From Pseudobdellovibrionaceae bacterium (GTDB taxonomy: Bacteria; Bdellovibrionota; Bdellovibrionia; Bdellovibrionales; Bdellovibrionaceae), in NCBI GenBank assembly GCA_044359815.1, contig JBIKLL010000017.1, forward strand, positions 1 to 42,055: 42,055 nucleotides of DNA, written 5' to 3'. Each line of letters opens with the position of its first letter. Within the stretch, counting starts at the first letter, position 1. Below are positions 40,134 to 42,055 of the stretch, piece after piece. The notes beneath the pieces were generated by a model, which saw only the letters and a program-made list of their open reading frames with translations, made no database searches and was not told the origin of the DNA. A program made the translations under genes and the position numbers.

Positions 40134-42055
40134 TTAATGTGATTGAGCTTCGCCGTTTACCTGTGGAGCAACTTCTAAAACACCTTCCAGTGCTTCTGGT
40201 TCTTCCTCAAGTTCGTCTGTTAAAATATCAGACTCAGTTAACTCAACATTCAGTCCCAATGATTGAAGCTCTTTCACCAATACATTGAAAGACTCTGGCA
40301 ATCCCGGTTCTAAAATGTTTTCACCTTTCACGATGCTTTCATACATACGAGTTCTTCCGGCAACGTCATCAGACTTAACCGTAAGAAATTCTTGTAATGA
40401 AAACGCGGCTCCATAAGCTTCAATTGCCCAAACTTCCATTTCTCCCAATCTCTGACCACCAAACTGCGCTTTACCGCCCAGGGGCTGTTGAGAAACCAAT
40501 GAATAGGGACCAATTGAACGAGCGTGAATCTTTTCTTCAACCAAGTGATGCAGTTTAAGCATGTACATGATTCCAACTGTCACAGGGTTTTGGAAAGGAA
40601 TTCCAGTTCTGCCATCAAACAACAATGCTTTACCGCTCGAAGGCAATTGAGCTGATTTCAAAAGATTTTTCACATCTGATTCACGGGCACCATCAAATAC
40701 AGGAGTTCCAACGTGGATTCCTTTTTTCATTGTATGTGCCAGCTTTTTCAGAGATTCGCTGTCAGCCTTATCAATTTTAGCATTCACTTCAGGATCTTCG
40801 ACAAAAATTGCTTTTAAGTCTTTTCTTGCCTGATCTTCATTCCACTTCTCAAGCATCTGAGTGATTTGTCTGCCCAATTCATGAGCCGCCCAACCTAAGT
40901 GCACTTCCAATACCTGTCCGATATTCATACGACTTGGTACGCCCAGAGGATTTAACACCATATCAACAGGTGTTCCATCAGCAAGATAAGGCATGTCTTC
41001 AACTGGCAATACTTTTGAAACGACACCTTTATTACCGTGTCGACCTGCAAATTTATCACCGACCTGAAGTCTTCTCTTAATGGCAACATAGACTTTTACC
41101 ATCTTGATCACGCCAGGAGGAAGCTCATCACCTTTTTTAAGTCTGTCGATTTTCTCATTGAAAACCAATTTAACAGCCTCAAGTTGGTTCCTAGAACCAT
41201 CCAAGATTTTGTTTACTTGAAATTCTAACTCTTGTTCCAGAGGAATATACGCCAACAACTCAAAAGGAACTGATTCCAAATCAGCAGTCGTGATTTCTTG
41301 TCCTTTGGCTAACAATTTCTGAGAACCGTCTTCATTCAACAGAACTCCAGTTGTCTTTTGGCCAATTAAAATTTCTTTTAATTTTTCAAGAGCGTTATTT
41401 TTAATAACGTTTTGTTCTACTGATAAATCCTTCTCTAGCTTCTTTTTCTTTTCTTCCAGAATGCTAGAAAGCCTTTCGTCACGGTCGGATCCTTCACGGC
41501 TATAAACCTGAGCATCAATGACTGTTCCGTAAACTCCAGAAGGAGCTCTCAAAGAAGTATCTCTAACGTCTCCTGCTTTTTCACCAAAGATGGCTCTTAA
41601 CAGTTTTTCCTCAGGCGACAATTGTGTTTCACCTTTGGGAGTGACTTTACCAACTAAAATGCATCCAGGTCTGACATCAGCACCAATTCTTATGATACCC
41701 GAGCTGTCCAGATCTTTTAGAGCTTCTTCACCAACATTGGCGATATCTCTAGAAATTTCTTCTTTACCTAATTTTGTATCACGGGCTACGCATTCGAATT
41801 CTTCGATGTGAATGGATGTGTAAACATCTTCTTGCAACATTCGTTCTGAAATCAAAATAGAATCTTCGAAGTTATAACCCTGCCAAGGAGTGAAGGCCAC
41901 CAAGACATTTTGTCCTAAAGCCAGTTCACCCAGTTCAGTGGATGGACCGTCTGCTATGATGTCACCTTTAAAAACCTTGTCACCTGAATTCACAATTGGC
42001 TTTTGGTTAAAGCAAGTGTTTTGGTTTGTTCTTTGATACTTGGTCAAATTGTAGA
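40134..42055 (-). CDS. rpoB: RNA polymerase beta subunit, C-terminal part (truncated by window edge)
   Basis: [38 protein letters not shown]. Confidence 0.99.
   Translation of the reverse strand, partial: YNLTKYQRTNQNTCFNQKPIVNSGDKVFKGDIIADGPSTELGELALGQNVLVAFTPWQGYNFEDSILISERMLQEDVYTSIHIEEFECVARDTKLGKEEISRDIANVGEEALKDLDSSGIIRIGADVRPGCILVGKVTPKGETQLSPEEKLLRAIFGEKAGDVRDTSLRAPSGVYGTVIDAQVYSREGSDRDERLSSILEEKKKKLEKDLSVEQNVIKNNALEKLKEILIGQKTTGVLLNEDGSQKLLAKGQEITTADLESVPFELLAYIPLEQELEFQVNKILDGSRNQLEAVKLVFNEKIDRLKKGDELPPGVIKMVKVYVAIKRRLQVGDKFAGRHGNKGVVSKVLPVEDMPYLADGTPVDMVLNPLGVPSRMNIGQVLEVHLGWAAHELGRQITQMLEKWNEDQARKDLKAIFVEDPEVNAKIDKADSESLKKLAHTMKKGIHVGTPVFDGARESDVKNLLKSAQLPSSGKALLFDGRTGIPFQNPVTVGIMYMLKLHHLVEEKIHARSIGPYSLVSQQPLGGKAQFGGQRLGEMEVWAIEAYGAAFSLQEFLTVKSDDVAGRTRMYESIVKGENILEPGLPESFNVLVKELQSLGLNVELTESDILTDELEEEPEALEGVLEVAPQVNGEAQSH

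Noticed and set aside
332..41811. Numerous 60-140 aa antisense or alternate-frame ORFs in the track (e.g. 2191-2499, 9585-9926, 19442-19855, 25601-25939, 37943-38254)
   Set aside because: They are shadows of well-supported genes and show no recognisable motifs.
1..42055. tRNA/rRNA genes, transposases, integrases, prophage genes
   Set aside because: None were recognised; intergenic gaps are short and AT-rich with no cloverleaf signatures.

Overview
AT-rich bacterial chromosomal window, standard genetic code. It is most likely from a Bdellovibrionota (Bdellovibrio-like) organism, inferred from the RpoA N-terminus and gene order. The right 23 kb (minus strand) is the core rpoB(partial)-rpoC-rpsL-rpsG-fusA-S10-spc-secY-adk-alpha superoperon. 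It has several anomalies: rplX (uL24) is cleanly missing, tuf, map and infA are absent, the str-operon EF-G has lost both conserved domain IV tip loops, and a TlpA-like thioredoxin is coupled to rplQ. The left 14.5 kb holds two convergent, unusual sugar gene sets flanking metH-metF. The plus-strand set is epimerase, nucleotidyltransferase, transaldolase, SIS isomerase, HAD and flippase, resembling a higher-carbon (heptose/octose) NDP-sugar route. The minus-strand operon is class II aldolase, tandem BcbE-like nucleotidyltransferase, GT2, a GT-C membrane glycosyltransferase fused to a phosphoribulokinase-like domain, and a GDPD/PI-PLC-like enzyme. This operon is the best candidate for an undescribed lipid-carrier surface-glycosylation system. 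Between the two blocks lie a TIGR03546/TIGR03545-like gene pair and a 1.2 kb island containing a nested hairpin, a 4 x 56-bp non-coding tandem repeat, an orphan secreted protein and a perfect (ATGT)18 microsatellite. All family calls come from motif recognition by eye; no database searches were run.
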